A stretch of 64,000 bases of DNA, taken from contig NIVC01000001.1 of NCBI GenBank assembly GCA_002269645.1, positions 2,108,001 to 2,172,000 on the forward strand, written 5' to 3'. Source of the stretch: Macrostomum lignano. Lineage: Eukaryota. Both the position numbers and the translations under genes were made by a program. The stretch's first letter is position 1; each line of letters opens with the position of its first letter. The notes below the pieces were generated by a model. It had not been told where the DNA came from. It was given only the letters and a program-made list of their open reading frames with translations, and ran no database searches. Shown here one piece after another: positions 1 to 12,023 of this stretch.

Positions 1-240
1 TCGTGATTTGCTTTAAGTCAGGCAATCCGACTGTACTTTTTCATCGTCTCCGTGTCTCCCCTTCCTCAATCAAGTTTCTATGCTACCCCTGACTGTTCGC
101 TTCTAGCGCAGTGATATTTTGTACCAATCCTTGTAGAGCTATGCGTAGCTTTTTGCTGTATTGCTGCTGTGGTCTTCTCGTCTGCCTGTTGCTAATATTA
201 CTGTCTGTAAAATTGTCCCTGTGCCGGTCTTTGTGTCTTT

Positions 241-500
<260 letters not shown>

Positions 501-526
501 TTTAGTTTCTGTCGAATGTCTGTCAG

Positions 527-3500
527 CCTATGCAACAGTCAAATTTCATCACAGCAAGAGTCCAATGCGGGACTAACTGAGCAACCTGCACATCCACGGT
601 AATTGAACAGGAAAGAATCGCGTGCACAGTGATTTTAACAAATTATTTACCCGCTGTGTGTTTTGCCAATCTTGCATTAATTATCCCAATTAGCAAAGCG
701 CACTGCCTTGAGTCCGAAAGCTCAACAGCAGCGGTTTCACCGATTGCATCCGCTGAAATGCCAGCAGGTGCAGTAAAATTTCCGTTCTGTCTACCTGAGC
801 CGAACTCTGTACGGATACCCAGAAAATTATACTGAGACAGAAGTGCAAATCTGTGAATGAAGCACAGTAAACATGTTTGATAAATATCATATCTGAATAA
901 TTAGCCAGATAGATACAGACTGTTTATCCAGATAAAAAGACTGTTATCCAGCTTGAAAAACCTGTTTATCCAGATACAGACCAGACTATCTAAGCCAAAC
1001 TGATTACTCAGTTCAAGCCAAGAGAGAAGACCGTGATCAATCACGCCGTGGCTGAGTCTTCGGTCAACTTATCATTGCTGAGAGCGGCAGAATGAAGCGA
1101 ATCAAATTCTGTTTGAAGCTATCTTCGAAACTATCTTTTGAAGGTATTCTATAAGCATTCTCGCTCTTTATTATACACTGAGGCTGCTTATCGGGACCTT
1201 TGAACTTAAAACTAAAAGCTTTCATTGCGATATCACTGTAAAGGTTTGTCTTTCTGAATTCTGCGTCTCGTGTAAAAGGACATCAGGCATTCTTCCTTAA
1301 AACCAATGTATTTTTGACGCCCACTGCCTTCTGCTGACATCCACACTGCCTTCAGCTGACATCCACACTGCCTTCTGCTGACATCCACACTGCCTTCAGC
1401 TGACATCCACACTGCCTTCAGCTGACATCCACACTGCCTTCAGCTGACATCCACACTGCCTTCTGCTGACATCCACACTGCCTTCAGCTGACATCCACAC
1501 TGCCTTCAGCTGACATCCACACTGCCTTCAGCTGACATCCACACTGCCTTCAGCTGACATCCACACTGCCTTCTGCTGACATCCACACTGCCTTCAGCTG
1601 ACATCCACACTGCCTTCAGCTGACATCCACACTGCCTTCTGCTGACATCCACACTGCCTTCTGCTGACATCCACACTGCCTTCAGCTGACATCCACACTG
1701 CCTTCTGCTGACATCCACACTGCCTTCAGCTGACATCCACACTGCCTTCTGCTGACATCCACACTGCCTTCTGCTGACATCCACACTGCCTTCAGCTGAC
1801 ATCCACACTGCCTTCAGCTGACATCCACACTGCCTTCAGCTGACATCCACACTGCCTTCTGCTGACACATACAGTTCTTTCAAATATTGAAAATGTTTAT
1901 CCAGATAGATAGAGTCTGTTTATCCAGATAGATAGAGACTGTTTATCCATATAGATAGAGACTGTTTATCCATATAGATAGAGACTGTTTGTTCCAATAG
2001 ATAGAGACTGTTTATCCAGATAGATAGAGTCTGTTTATCCAGATAGATAGAGACTGTTTATCCATATAGATAGAGACTGTTTATCCATATAGATAGAGAC
2101 TGTTTATCCAGATAGATAGAGACTGTTTGTTCCAATAGATAGAGACTGTTTATCCAGATAGATAGAGACTGTTTATCCAGATAGATAGAGGCTGTTTATC
2201 CATATAAATAGAGACTGTTTATCTAGATAGATAGAGACTGTTTATCGAGATAGATAGAGACTGTTTCTCCAGATAGATAACAACTGTTTATCCAGATAGA
2301 TAGAAACTGTTTTTAACACGCGACCCATTACTGACATTAACTTCCTTATCCACTGGACAGCCGGCCACTGACCCTCTACTGACTTCTCTAAGCTTCCTCA
2401 GCCTAACGGCAGACGCCGTGATTTCAACGGAAACTGCTCGATGCAGTGATCTCCCAAGGCCCGGATAAAAGGGAAATTGGGAAGCAGCTTCAAATTTCCC
2501 TTGCAATTTTGTTGTTGTTAATTTCCTTTTCAGACGAATCGCAGCGGCGGCAGAAACTGATGAGGTAATTTTATTTGAATCGCTGGGTTAAGTAGGGCCT
2601 GGCCTGGTTTCGAAGGCTCATCATTGGGAGAATCTCGTACAGCACGCAGTTATTGTTTTGTGCTTTGTTTCCTTTATTCCCAGCTTCAGTGGCAGCTGCC
2701 ACACACATTGTTAGTAATCAATTTACCCCAGTTAAATTTAAAGTCAAACAGCATTTTTGAAATGGGCGCCAGCACCAAGGGGCGCCAGCACCAAGGGGCG
2801 CCAGCACCAAGGGGCGCCAGCACCAAGGGGCGCCAGCACCAAGGGGCGCCAGCACCAAGGGGCGCCAGCACCAAGGGGCGCCAGCACCAAGGGGCGCCAG
2901 CACCAAGGGGCGCCAGCACCAAGGGGCGCCAGCACCAAGGGGCGCCAGCACCAAGGGGCGCCAGCACCAAGGGGCGCCAGCACCAAGGGGCGCCAGCACC
3001 AAGGGGCGCCAGCACCAAGGGGCTCCAAGGCACAAGCTGGCACCCAAGGCACAGAGTATGGATGTGCGAGTACTACCTAACACGGTTAGGGGTCTTTCAA
3101 CCATATTCTATTGTTGTTATTATACAGCAGGGGGTTGTAGCCTAGTGGTTAGAGCGTCGGACTCACGACTTAAAGGTCGAGGGTTCGATTCCCGATCCCA
3201 CTGGAACAATTTGTGTCCTTGAGCAAGACACTTAACTCTGCATTGCTTCAGTTCACCCAGCTGTAAAATGGGTGCCAGCATTAGCTGGGGTAATTGAGGG
3301 TGTGTGTGGCGACCCTCCAGTCCTTGGACTGAACAGCCGTACGCAGCCTTCAGATGCGCCGCGCAATAGCTGCGGCTGAGCTGTCGGTTGCACATCTGCC
3401 CATTGGACAGGTGTAATCAGTTATTATAATTATTATATTATTATACAGTAGTACATGTATATGAACAGCAACAATAACTGCAATCACTTGAAATAATACT

Positions 3501-3800
3501 GGTAAATCGATTTGACCACGATATTTCCAATAAAGATTCGGCAACACTCGTAAACACATAATCTGTTTTCAGCACATTTAATTTGAATAAATAAAATGTT
3601 AGAATAAAAGTTAAAACACTGACTTTAAAACAGACTTTGAAGCCAAAACAGCAAAGAAAAAATTGACGCAGACAGAGATTACAGTTGAATTGAATTATCC
3701 TCGCCCAGCTGCAACAAAAGATAAGGAAGCAGGACCGACGGATATTAATCAAATCAGCGAATTAGCTGTGCGAGGCTGTTTAAAAATAGATAACATATAA
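527..3800 (+). CDS. Unidentified spliced gene, 3' part (putative small exons)
   Basis: Phase-compatible candidate exons: ..598 (CG|gtaatt), 694..767 (ag|C...G|gtgcag), 2534..2564 (tttcag|AC...AG|gtaatt), and a possible terminal exon from 3709 ([29 protein letters not shown]). Low-complexity product with no recognisable domain; the 5' boundary is approximate. Confidence 0.3.
1321..1865. repeat. 22-bp minisatellite (ACATCCACACTGCCTTCAGCTG)
   Basis: About 24 tandem units with a C/T-type variant (cagctg/ctgctg). Confidence 0.95.
1895..2305. repeat. 23-bp minisatellite (GATAGATAGAGACTGTTTATCCA)
   Basis: Tandem units; degenerate copies of the same motif also occur at about 900-985. Confidence 0.93.
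2764..3022. repeat. 16-bp minisatellite (GCGCCAGCACCAAGGG)
   Basis: Perfect tandem array; the 16-aa periodicity of the overlapping ORFs matches the unit length. Confidence 0.96.
3131..3444 (+). mobile_element. tRNA-derived SINE with CORE-like central domain (copy 1)
   Basis: A box TAGCCTAGTGG (3138), B box GGTTCGATTCC (3182), central TGTGTCCTTGAGCAAGACACTTAACTCTG...CTGTAAAATGGG resembling the MIR CORE domain (compared from memory), TTA-rich tail, and candidate target-site duplication TTATACAG(C/T)AG on both sides. Two further copies lie in the window. Confidence 0.9.
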
Positions 3801-3884
3801 GATGGTTAAGCCTGATCGAATCTGCTTGCTTAGTTGGGCAATCTCACGGCATCTGCTATTGAACAGAAGTGGGCGCTGGCATAG

Positions 3885-4288
3885 AGTGGGGTTGGCGTGG
3901 AGGGGTTGGCGTGGAATGGGGTTGGTGGGGAATAGGGGGTTGGTGTGGAATGGGGTTGGTGGGAATGGGGGGTTGGCGTGGAATGGGGGCTGGCGTGGAA
4001 TGGGGGTTGGCGTGGAATGGGGGTTGGCGTGGAGTGGGGGCTGGCGTGGAATGGGGGTTGGCGTGGAATGGGGGTTGGCGTGGAGTGGGGGTTGGCGTGG
4101 AATGGGGGTTGGCGTGGAATGGGGGTTGGCGTGGAATTGGGGCTGGCGTGGAGTGGGGGCTGGCGTGGAATGGGGGTTGGCGTGGAGTGGGGGCTGGCGT
4201 GGAATGGGGGTTGGCGTGGAATGGGGGTTGGCGTGGAATGGGGGTTGGCGTGGAGGTGGGTTGGCGTGGAGTGGGGATTGGCGTGGAG
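3885..4288. repeat. 17-bp G-rich minisatellite (TGGCGTGGAATGGGGGT)
   Basis: Tandem units, one G5 tract per unit. Confidence 0.95.
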
Positions 4289-5948
4289 CGAAGTATAAAT
4301 TTAAAGACAATGCAAAACGTTGTTCTGCGTTGTTTAAATTGTCGCTGATAACTCTAAAAAACACAAACTCAGAAAGATAAAACAGCAGTAAACAGTAGCC
4401 AGAATAACTAATTTTAACTTAAACAATAAAGGGGCGGTCATCAAGTCAAATATTTGGCCAGTGTTGGCGAAGGTGAGAAAATAATATCAACAGTGAAATA
4501 ACGAATCTAATAAGCATTTAATTTTATAAGCTTTACAAAATACTTAGAAAGCAAGAAAACCAAAAATATTCAAAGCGTATTTTGAACAGCTCATAGTTTA
4601 TCGAAAATTCTATTTAAACTGAACTGAACACTTATAATGAAGAATTAAATTCCTTGCGAATTTAATATTCCAAACTAATCAAATAGTCCACTAAGGGTTC
4701 GAGGCTTAAGAAAGTCAAAGGAAACGGATGAAGTGGATTAGGACTGAGATAAGCTTAAATAAGAGAACGACAACTCTTGCCAAACAAATCAACTCACAGT
4801 TGAATTCAATTTCAATAAATTAGCTATCGTATTTCCATACAAATTCCAAATAAGGAAGGTCAGCTGCTTTGGAGAAAAATGGTATGAAACGGGAAAAATG
4901 AAATGAGAAAAAATAAACGCCTACGCACTTCTGTTAATACTGTAAGTCAGCCGCGCACAGACAAAAAAGCCTTCGAATTTTAAAATAGGCGGGCGCTGAC
5001 ATCCCAGCAGGGCTTCAAGGAAAATTGGCGCTAGCGAAGCGGAGAAACTACACCAGTTAATAAACAGGGATAGGAAAATTCTGACTCCAAAAAATCACAG
5101 ATTAAACAAAACACGAAATAGCAAAGCAAGTTAAAAAGCGGACAATTCAATAATGACAAAATACGGAAACAACGTTTTAATAAACATTTTAACAGTTCAA
5201 AGCCCAATGCCTTTAAACAGAAGAACTTAGCAGAAAAACTATTAATACTCAAGTACTCGCGTACTCAAGTAGTCAGGTTGCCTACGTACTCGACTTCTTA
5301 GAATAGAGATACGAGAACCCTTTACGAAGTAAAAGTACTTTTACAAACCAAGATAACATAAAAAATGTTCCGATTTTGTACCAAATTGGACAAAACCTTC
5401 TGTCAAAAAGTGCGTCAGGTTTCCACTTCAATAATGCCAAGGAGAAATAGCATGCTGTTACTGGTGACTAGAATATAATTTATGAAGTGGTCATAATATC
5501 TTGAGCTTTGCCTTCACACGAACACAGAAAATTTCAAGTTTCTAGGACACCTCCTGTGGGATTCTTCAAAAATCTGTTAATGAGAAATAATATATCTACT
5601 ATATTTTTATACTATACGAGTATGTCAGTGAAAAAAAATATTAAAATAGTTTACGGGCAGTTATAGTAAAAGTTAATTTGCGATGAGTAAATCTTCGATA
5701 GTTAAAAGAGATTTCCCTATAAGCTATTTCTTAGAAACTCACGTAAATTCAAACGAAACGAGCCAATTTTAAGCGAGAGTGCACGCCGCGACTTTAACAA
5801 ATTTAGCACTAAAGAGGCAGCCAACGCGGTTGACAAGAACTGCATTAGCGATTAATGAACGAAATTCAACTACCCAACTCAGTAATAAACTGCTCAAAAA
5901 CCGTGCTTCGCTGCAAAAAAACCATATTTAAAAAAAACTCGATTTCAT

Positions 5949-8900
5949 TCAAAGTAGCGAACACTTGGACTTTTTCTTCTTTGTGTCCCGCCTCAGGACG
6001 TCTGCGGTTCGTCGATTGATCAGCCGCACCAAGTCCAGGAAGCTCTGCGATTTGTTTTTTTAAATGCTACTTTTTATTGCTGAGATGTCGAGGCTTGCTG
6101 GGGGAATTGCTGAGATGTCGCGGCTTAGTGGGGGAATTGCTGAGATGCCAAAGGCTTGCTGGGGGAATTGCTGAGATGTCAAGGCTTGCTGGGGGAATTG
6201 CTGAGATGCCAAAGGCTTGCTGGGGGGATTGCTGAGATGTCAAGGCTTGCTGGGGGAATTGCTGAGATGCCAAAGGCTTGCTGGGGGAATTTCTGAGATG
6301 TCAAAGGCTTGCTGGGGGAATTTCTGAGATGTCAAAGGCTTGCTGGAGGAATTGCTGAGATGTCGCGGCTTAGTGGGGGAATTGCTGAGATGTCAAGGCT
6401 TGCTGGGGGAATTGCTGAGATGCCAAAGGCTTGCTGGGGGAATTGCTGAGATGTCAAAACTTACTGGGGGAATTGCTTAGATGTCAAGGCAAATAGATTC
6501 GCATTAAATGTTTTTGTCCCTTGCTTATTGGGTGCCCCGAAGGGGGGCACTAGATTGCTAGTTTTAAAATTAAATGTGCAACTATGGAATAATTGATGCT
6601 AAAAAGCTACTTAAAGTAGGCATGTAAACATTTTATCCGTATAAAATAAAGCTGTACCTTAAAAACAGTGTTCTCGTGGCAGAAGATTACTTACATCCTG
6701 GACGTTTAGCTTAGCTTTGGCCGACGTCTCCAGGAAGGAGCAATTCCACTGGTGCGCCAGGCTCTGGCCCTGCTCTCGACTGACCGTGCGCTCGTCATCC
6801 AGGTCGCACTTGTTGCCAATCAGAATGATTGGCACCTGCGGAGAGAGTGCGCAAATTCTGAGGTTTAAATATGAGCGTGATTGATTGACAACTTATCGAA
6901 ATGAAGCTTCTCGATTCTTGCTAGGGTAATAATAATAAAAAAATATATATTTTTGATTACGCCTGCCCCAATGGGAAGATGTGCAACCAACAGCTCAGCC
7001 ACAGCTTTTGTGCGGCGTATCAGAAGGCTGCGTACGGCTGTTCAGTCCAAGGACTGGGGGGTCGCCACACACATCCTTAATTACCCCAGCTAATGCTGGC
7101 ACCCATTTTACAGCTGGGTGAACTGAAGCAATGCAGAGTTAAAATGTCTGCTTCAGGACACAAATTGTTCTCCGGGTGGGCCGAGAATCGAACCACCGAC
7201 CTTTCAGTTGTGAGCCCGACGCTCTATTCACTAGGCTACAAACCCCTCTCTAACTATCAAGGTTGGAAGGCTTAGAAGAATTGAAGAAGAGTCGGAAGAT
7301 TTTTGGAAGACAGGACTGAGGGCCACTCACTTTGGCGCCGCAGGCACTCATTTTGGCGCTGCATGCACTCACTTTGGCGCCGCAGGCACTCACTTTGGCG
7401 CCGCAGGCACTCATTTTGGCGCCGCAGGCACTTATTTTGGCGCTGCATGCACTCACTTTGGCGCCGCAGGCACTCATTTTGGCGCTGCATGCACTCATTT
7501 TGGCGCTGCATGCACTCACTTTGGCGCCGCAGGCACTCATTTTGGCGCTGCATGCACTCATTTTGGCGCTGCATGCACTCATTTTGGCGCCGCAGGCACT
7601 CATTTTGGCGCTGCATGCACTCACTTTGGCGCCGCAGGCACTCATTTTGGCGCTGCATGCACTCACTTTGGCGCCGCAGGCACTCATTTTGGCGCTGCAT
7701 GCACTCACTTTGGCGCCGCAGGCACTCATTTTGGCGCTGCATGCACTCACTTTGGCGCCGCAGGCACTCATTTTGGCGCTGCATGCACTCACTTTGGCGC
7801 CGCAGGCACTCATTTTGGCGCCGCAGGCATTCACTTTGGCGCCGCAGGCACTCATTTTGGCGCCGAAAGCTATACTTTGTCGCCCTGAAGCAAAATTATT
7901 GATTTCCATAACGGGTCCCCAGTGGCGACACCCCTGAAGAGGGGGGCGGCACTGGGCCGGAAATGCTAATAGAAAAGAGCGCTAATCGAGAATTGTTATT
8001 CTTTCCCCCTACGCAACCAGCAGCCAGCTCGGCCACCCACTTAACTTCGTCCACTGTCCTGCCAGCTACCCGGATAAGGAGCTGAGGAAAATGGGGATAA
8101 AATACGGGATGCGTGGGAAGCAATCACTGCGACCCGCCCGCTTATGCTGGAGAAAATTGTAAAGGGGGGGTGGATAGGGCGTTTGGGAATTCTGCTGCAC
8201 CCAGTGAATCGACAAGCGTCAGAGAAAGAATCAGAAGATAAAAAAGTTTCTTGAAGAACTGATAGCTTCTTTTAGTGCCAGTCAATAGCTACACTATAAA
8301 TGCCCCATTGGCTAATTGAATGATTAATGCGATGTCCGGAGAGGGCTGGAAGAGCATTGAAGATTTAGCAGAGGGAATGAATGGTAAGGCAGGTTGAATT
8401 GGGGTGAGGGAAAGTACAGGTAAAGAAGCCTGTCTGAAGAAGTCCGAAAGGAAGCCACACATGCCTTGGATGTCGTCAAAGGGAAAGTGGCGACAGCCGA
8501 CCCCACAGACGGGTAATGGACAAACAGCCCACAACCCCCAAATCGAGCCTTGCGGAATCGAGCCCGGGACGTTTTGGCGGAGTAGACGCAGAAAGTTGAA
8601 TGCACTACCGCACCGCTACTCAGCCCTTTAGAGACTCATTAACAATAATTAACTCAATAACTCTGTAGCAATCAGCAGCATAATTGCCGATATGTATCGA
8701 AAAAAACTTTATCAAGAAATCATTCTATAAAATTTGGAGAATCTTAAAGCAGGCCCCGCAAATGAAAACTTAAATAGAATGATTTCACGGACACATGAAA
8801 GAGATCACTCCACGTCGGAATTTGAACTGCAGGTGCTAATCAATTTTTTTTAGTTTACCAGCTACTAGGTAACATAGAGTGGGCATAGGTAGCTCATGTT

Positions 8901-9256
8901 TTGAAACCAGCTAGAATACAAGTGATGCTCACATCGTCAGAGTCTTTAACTCGTAAAATCTGATCGCGAAGCTCGTGCAGATCATTGAACGAAGCCTGTG
9001 ACGTGATGGAATACACCAGCAGGAAGCCCTGGCCGTTTTTCATGTACAGATCTCGCATAGCGGTGAACTGCTCCGTGCCAGCCGTGTCCAAGATCTCCAG
9101 CATGCACTGGTTATTGTCCACCTCGATCTGCTTGCGATACGAGTCTTCAATTGTTGGGTCATATTTCTCAACAAAGATGCCTTGGACAAACTGGACAGTG
9201 AGGGCAGACTTGCCAACACCGCCAGAGCCAAGGACGACAAGCTTGTATTCCCGCAT
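5949..9256 (-). CDS. RAP1: Ras-related protein Rap1 (186 aa), exons 9256-8933, 6835-6695, 6044-5949
   Basis: [43 protein letters not shown]; Rap-specific DTAGTE (T61); NKCD and ETSAK motifs; polybasic tail and CAAX box [10 protein letters not shown]. Both introns are phase-0 GT-AG. Confidence 0.97.
6075..6562 (+). mobile_element. 30/31-bp minisatellite (GCTGAGATGTCAAGGCTTGCTGGGGGAATT) ending in a Helitron-like 3' terminus
   Basis: Array 6075-6490 in Rap1 intron 2, about 40 bp of spacer, hairpin GTGCCCC-GAAGG-GGGGCAC (6532-6550), then CTAG (6558-6561) followed by T. The array is certain; the Helitron assignment is inferred and no 5' TC end was found. Confidence 0.55.
6927..7246 (-). mobile_element. 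tRNA-derived CORE-like SINE (copy 2), in Rap1 intron 1
   Basis: Reverse complement aligns along its full length with 3131-3444 (head, CORE-like block, 3' part, TTA tail). Confidence 0.9.
7322..7866. repeat. 21-bp minisatellite (GGCGCCGCAGGCACTCATTTT), Rap1 intron 1
   Basis: About 26 units in two alternating variants; each contains TTTGGCGC. Confidence 0.96.
8285..8626 (-). mobile_element. Probable second tRNA-derived SINE family
   Basis: The minus strand starts GGGCTGAGTAGCGGTGCGGTAG (A-box-like), with GGCTCGATTCC (B-box-like) about 45 nt later and about 340 bp of non-coding body. Single copy here and no clear tail. Confidence 0.4.
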
Positions 9257-11199
9257 GGCTCAAGAATTACTACACTGAGTTTGGTTATATATCTGAGGGT
9301 ATGGATAAGATTTTAAACTATATAGATATATATTAACAAGGAAATATCTAAGTATACATTAGACATAATAGTATTAATTTACAATTCTAAATTTTAGCAT
9401 ATGCAATTTTTATAATTGGTGTACTAATCATTAGGTATTTTAGGCTAAAAACTATATTTTAAACCGGCATGTAGAATTATAGCTCATATACATAAAGAAT
9501 TAAAGTTGACTATAAATTTTTACTAATAGGCATAATAGTTTATTCAAGTCTTATAACTTTGGAAATAAAATACAAGTCAACAATTATTTTATATTAAGCC
9601 TAAATATTATAATAGAAAACTATAAATAATAAAAAACTAAAGTGACTTAAACCAAATATAATAAAGCAAAAAGCAAAGGTAAGTTAAAAAGATTTATAAA
9701 CTAATAATTTTTATAAAAATCCAGGTATGCTGCACTAGATGTTCTTTCTTATTCATACATTTAAAGAATAAAGTACATATTAACATTTAGCAAATTAATC
9801 TAGACAAATGTATTTAGATAAAAATAATAGAGGCACTAAAAACATCAATTATGAATAAAGAAATGATGGACAATAAAGTACAAAATTAAGTTCTTCGTGG
9901 GCTTAGTGGTCACTTGTGTGTTCAGGCTGCCAAGCTGCCATCTATTTAATGACTATGACACTTATTAGGGCTACAGCCTACTACAGAGAGTTGACAGAGT
10001 CAGAGACAGGCTATTGCTATACACTGACAGTCCGATACATACATCAGTCAAGTCAGATAACTCATTGAAATTAAATATAATTTATAAAATACTGCTACAC
10101 ATATTTGTTTCAAATTTAACTTGACAGAGTAATATTAAAAAGTACCAAAACGAAATCTGTAGGCCTAGAATGCAGTGGGCCTATGTTTAATTTCCATCTC
10201 GGCCTCGGACTCGGATAGGATCTTCTGATACGATCGAGCGATAAACACGTTTTTTAAGCAAATTAAAAAACTGTAGTGAAGTCGCACGTAAGCTAACAAG
10301 TTTTTTTTTGAATGTCTGTACTAAAAAAATATCTAGCGTATAGTAGAAGTTAAAAAAGATAGAGTTTAGTTGTGCAACTGCGAGAACTATTAATCATAAA
10401 TAAATCCTTAAAATCTTATCTTTGGGAACCAAAGAGTTGCCAATCAATCAATCAGTTTTTTGTGAATACCTGAAGCGGGCCCTCTCGTAACTAATAAGCT
10501 ACATGGTTAGTAATCGACGTGGTGGGACCATCGGTTTCACTTCATTGACAGTAGCGCCTGGTGAATTGAAATAGAATTACTTAATTGTGCAATATGCATA
10601 GGCACCAGAAACCTCATATTGATATGTCTAGATTTAGAAAATTTGATATTTTGAAATAAAAAATCTCGTTTCTTTGTTTTAGCTCATCGTCAGCTCATTG
10701 TTGTAAATTTATAACTAGGTAATTTATTTTATTTTATGAGATTGTTTGTAGTAGACAAACTATACTATTAGATTTAGATCCTTTTATGGTCTAATACTGT
10801 ACCTTGCCTACTAGCGATCTAGGCCTATATATAGCTAGGCCAAATGATTTAATGCTTGTCTCGAAGCCAGACCAGTTTATTTGACTATGATTCATAGCTA
10901 TGGCTAACAGTACTAGCCCTTAGTCAATAATTTACATTAGGCCTATGTATTGCATTGCACGATGCTATAGGCTATTAAGCCCTTATCCTTTTTTACTATC
11001 TGGCACTTGCCTATAGTTACAAGGCCATAAACAGATCAATTATCATAAAATATAAAAGGTAGCTAACTAAACAATTTTCATAGGCCTATAAGATTTTGTA
11101 TATGTCTATATGGATAATATATGAAAGAAGAGGAAAACTTATATATTATGTGATTGAAAAACAAAAACTCTGACTATAAATTCAATTGATGAATTCAGT

Positions 11200-11244
11200 G
11201 AATCGATTGGCAACTGATTGATTGACTAACTGACTGATTGACTA

Positions 11245-11301
<57 letters not shown>

Positions 11302-11306
11302 CTGAC

Positions 11307-11367
<61 letters not shown>

Positions 11368-11403
11368 TGACTGATTCATTGACCGATTGATTGATTGACT
11401 GAC

Positions 11404-11436
<33 letters not shown>

Positions 11437-11472
11437 TGACTGATTCATTGACCGATTGATTGATTGACTGAC

Positions 11473-11535
<63 letters not shown>

Positions 11536-11975
11536 GTAATTGATTGATTGATTGATTGATTGATCGACCAATGTACTGATTCATTGACTGAATTTATTGA
11601 TTAACTAACTGATCGATTTATTGATTGATTGGCTGGCTGACTTTGATTGATTTTCTGATTGAAAGATTAATAAATAAATTGATTGATGATTAACCGATCA
11701 ATTGACTGACTGATTGATTGATTGATTGACTGACTGGTTGATTTATTGATTGATAGATAAATGAAGTGATTGATAGATAGATAGACTGATTGATTGAAGA
11801 TTGATTGATTGATTGATTGGTTGGTTGGTTGTTTGTTGATTGGTTGATTGATTGACAATTAAATCAGTTGGTTGATCGATTGACTGATTAATTAATTCAT
11901 CGATTGATTAATTGATTGATTAATAGATGAATTGATTGATTGATTGATTGATGAATAGATGAATTGATTGATTGA
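11200..11975. repeat. (GATT)n microsatellite, degenerate at the 3' end
   Basis: Tetranucleotide run directly upstream of the sulfotransferase ORF. Confidence 0.96.
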
Positions 11976-12023
11976 TTTGTCAACCACTCCAAATGCATCA
12001 ACTCATTAACTGTGCCATTACAG

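Noticed and set aside
3131-3200. tRNA gene
   Set aside because: The tRNA-like head continues into a SINE body shared by three copies and has no closed acceptor stem or terminator.
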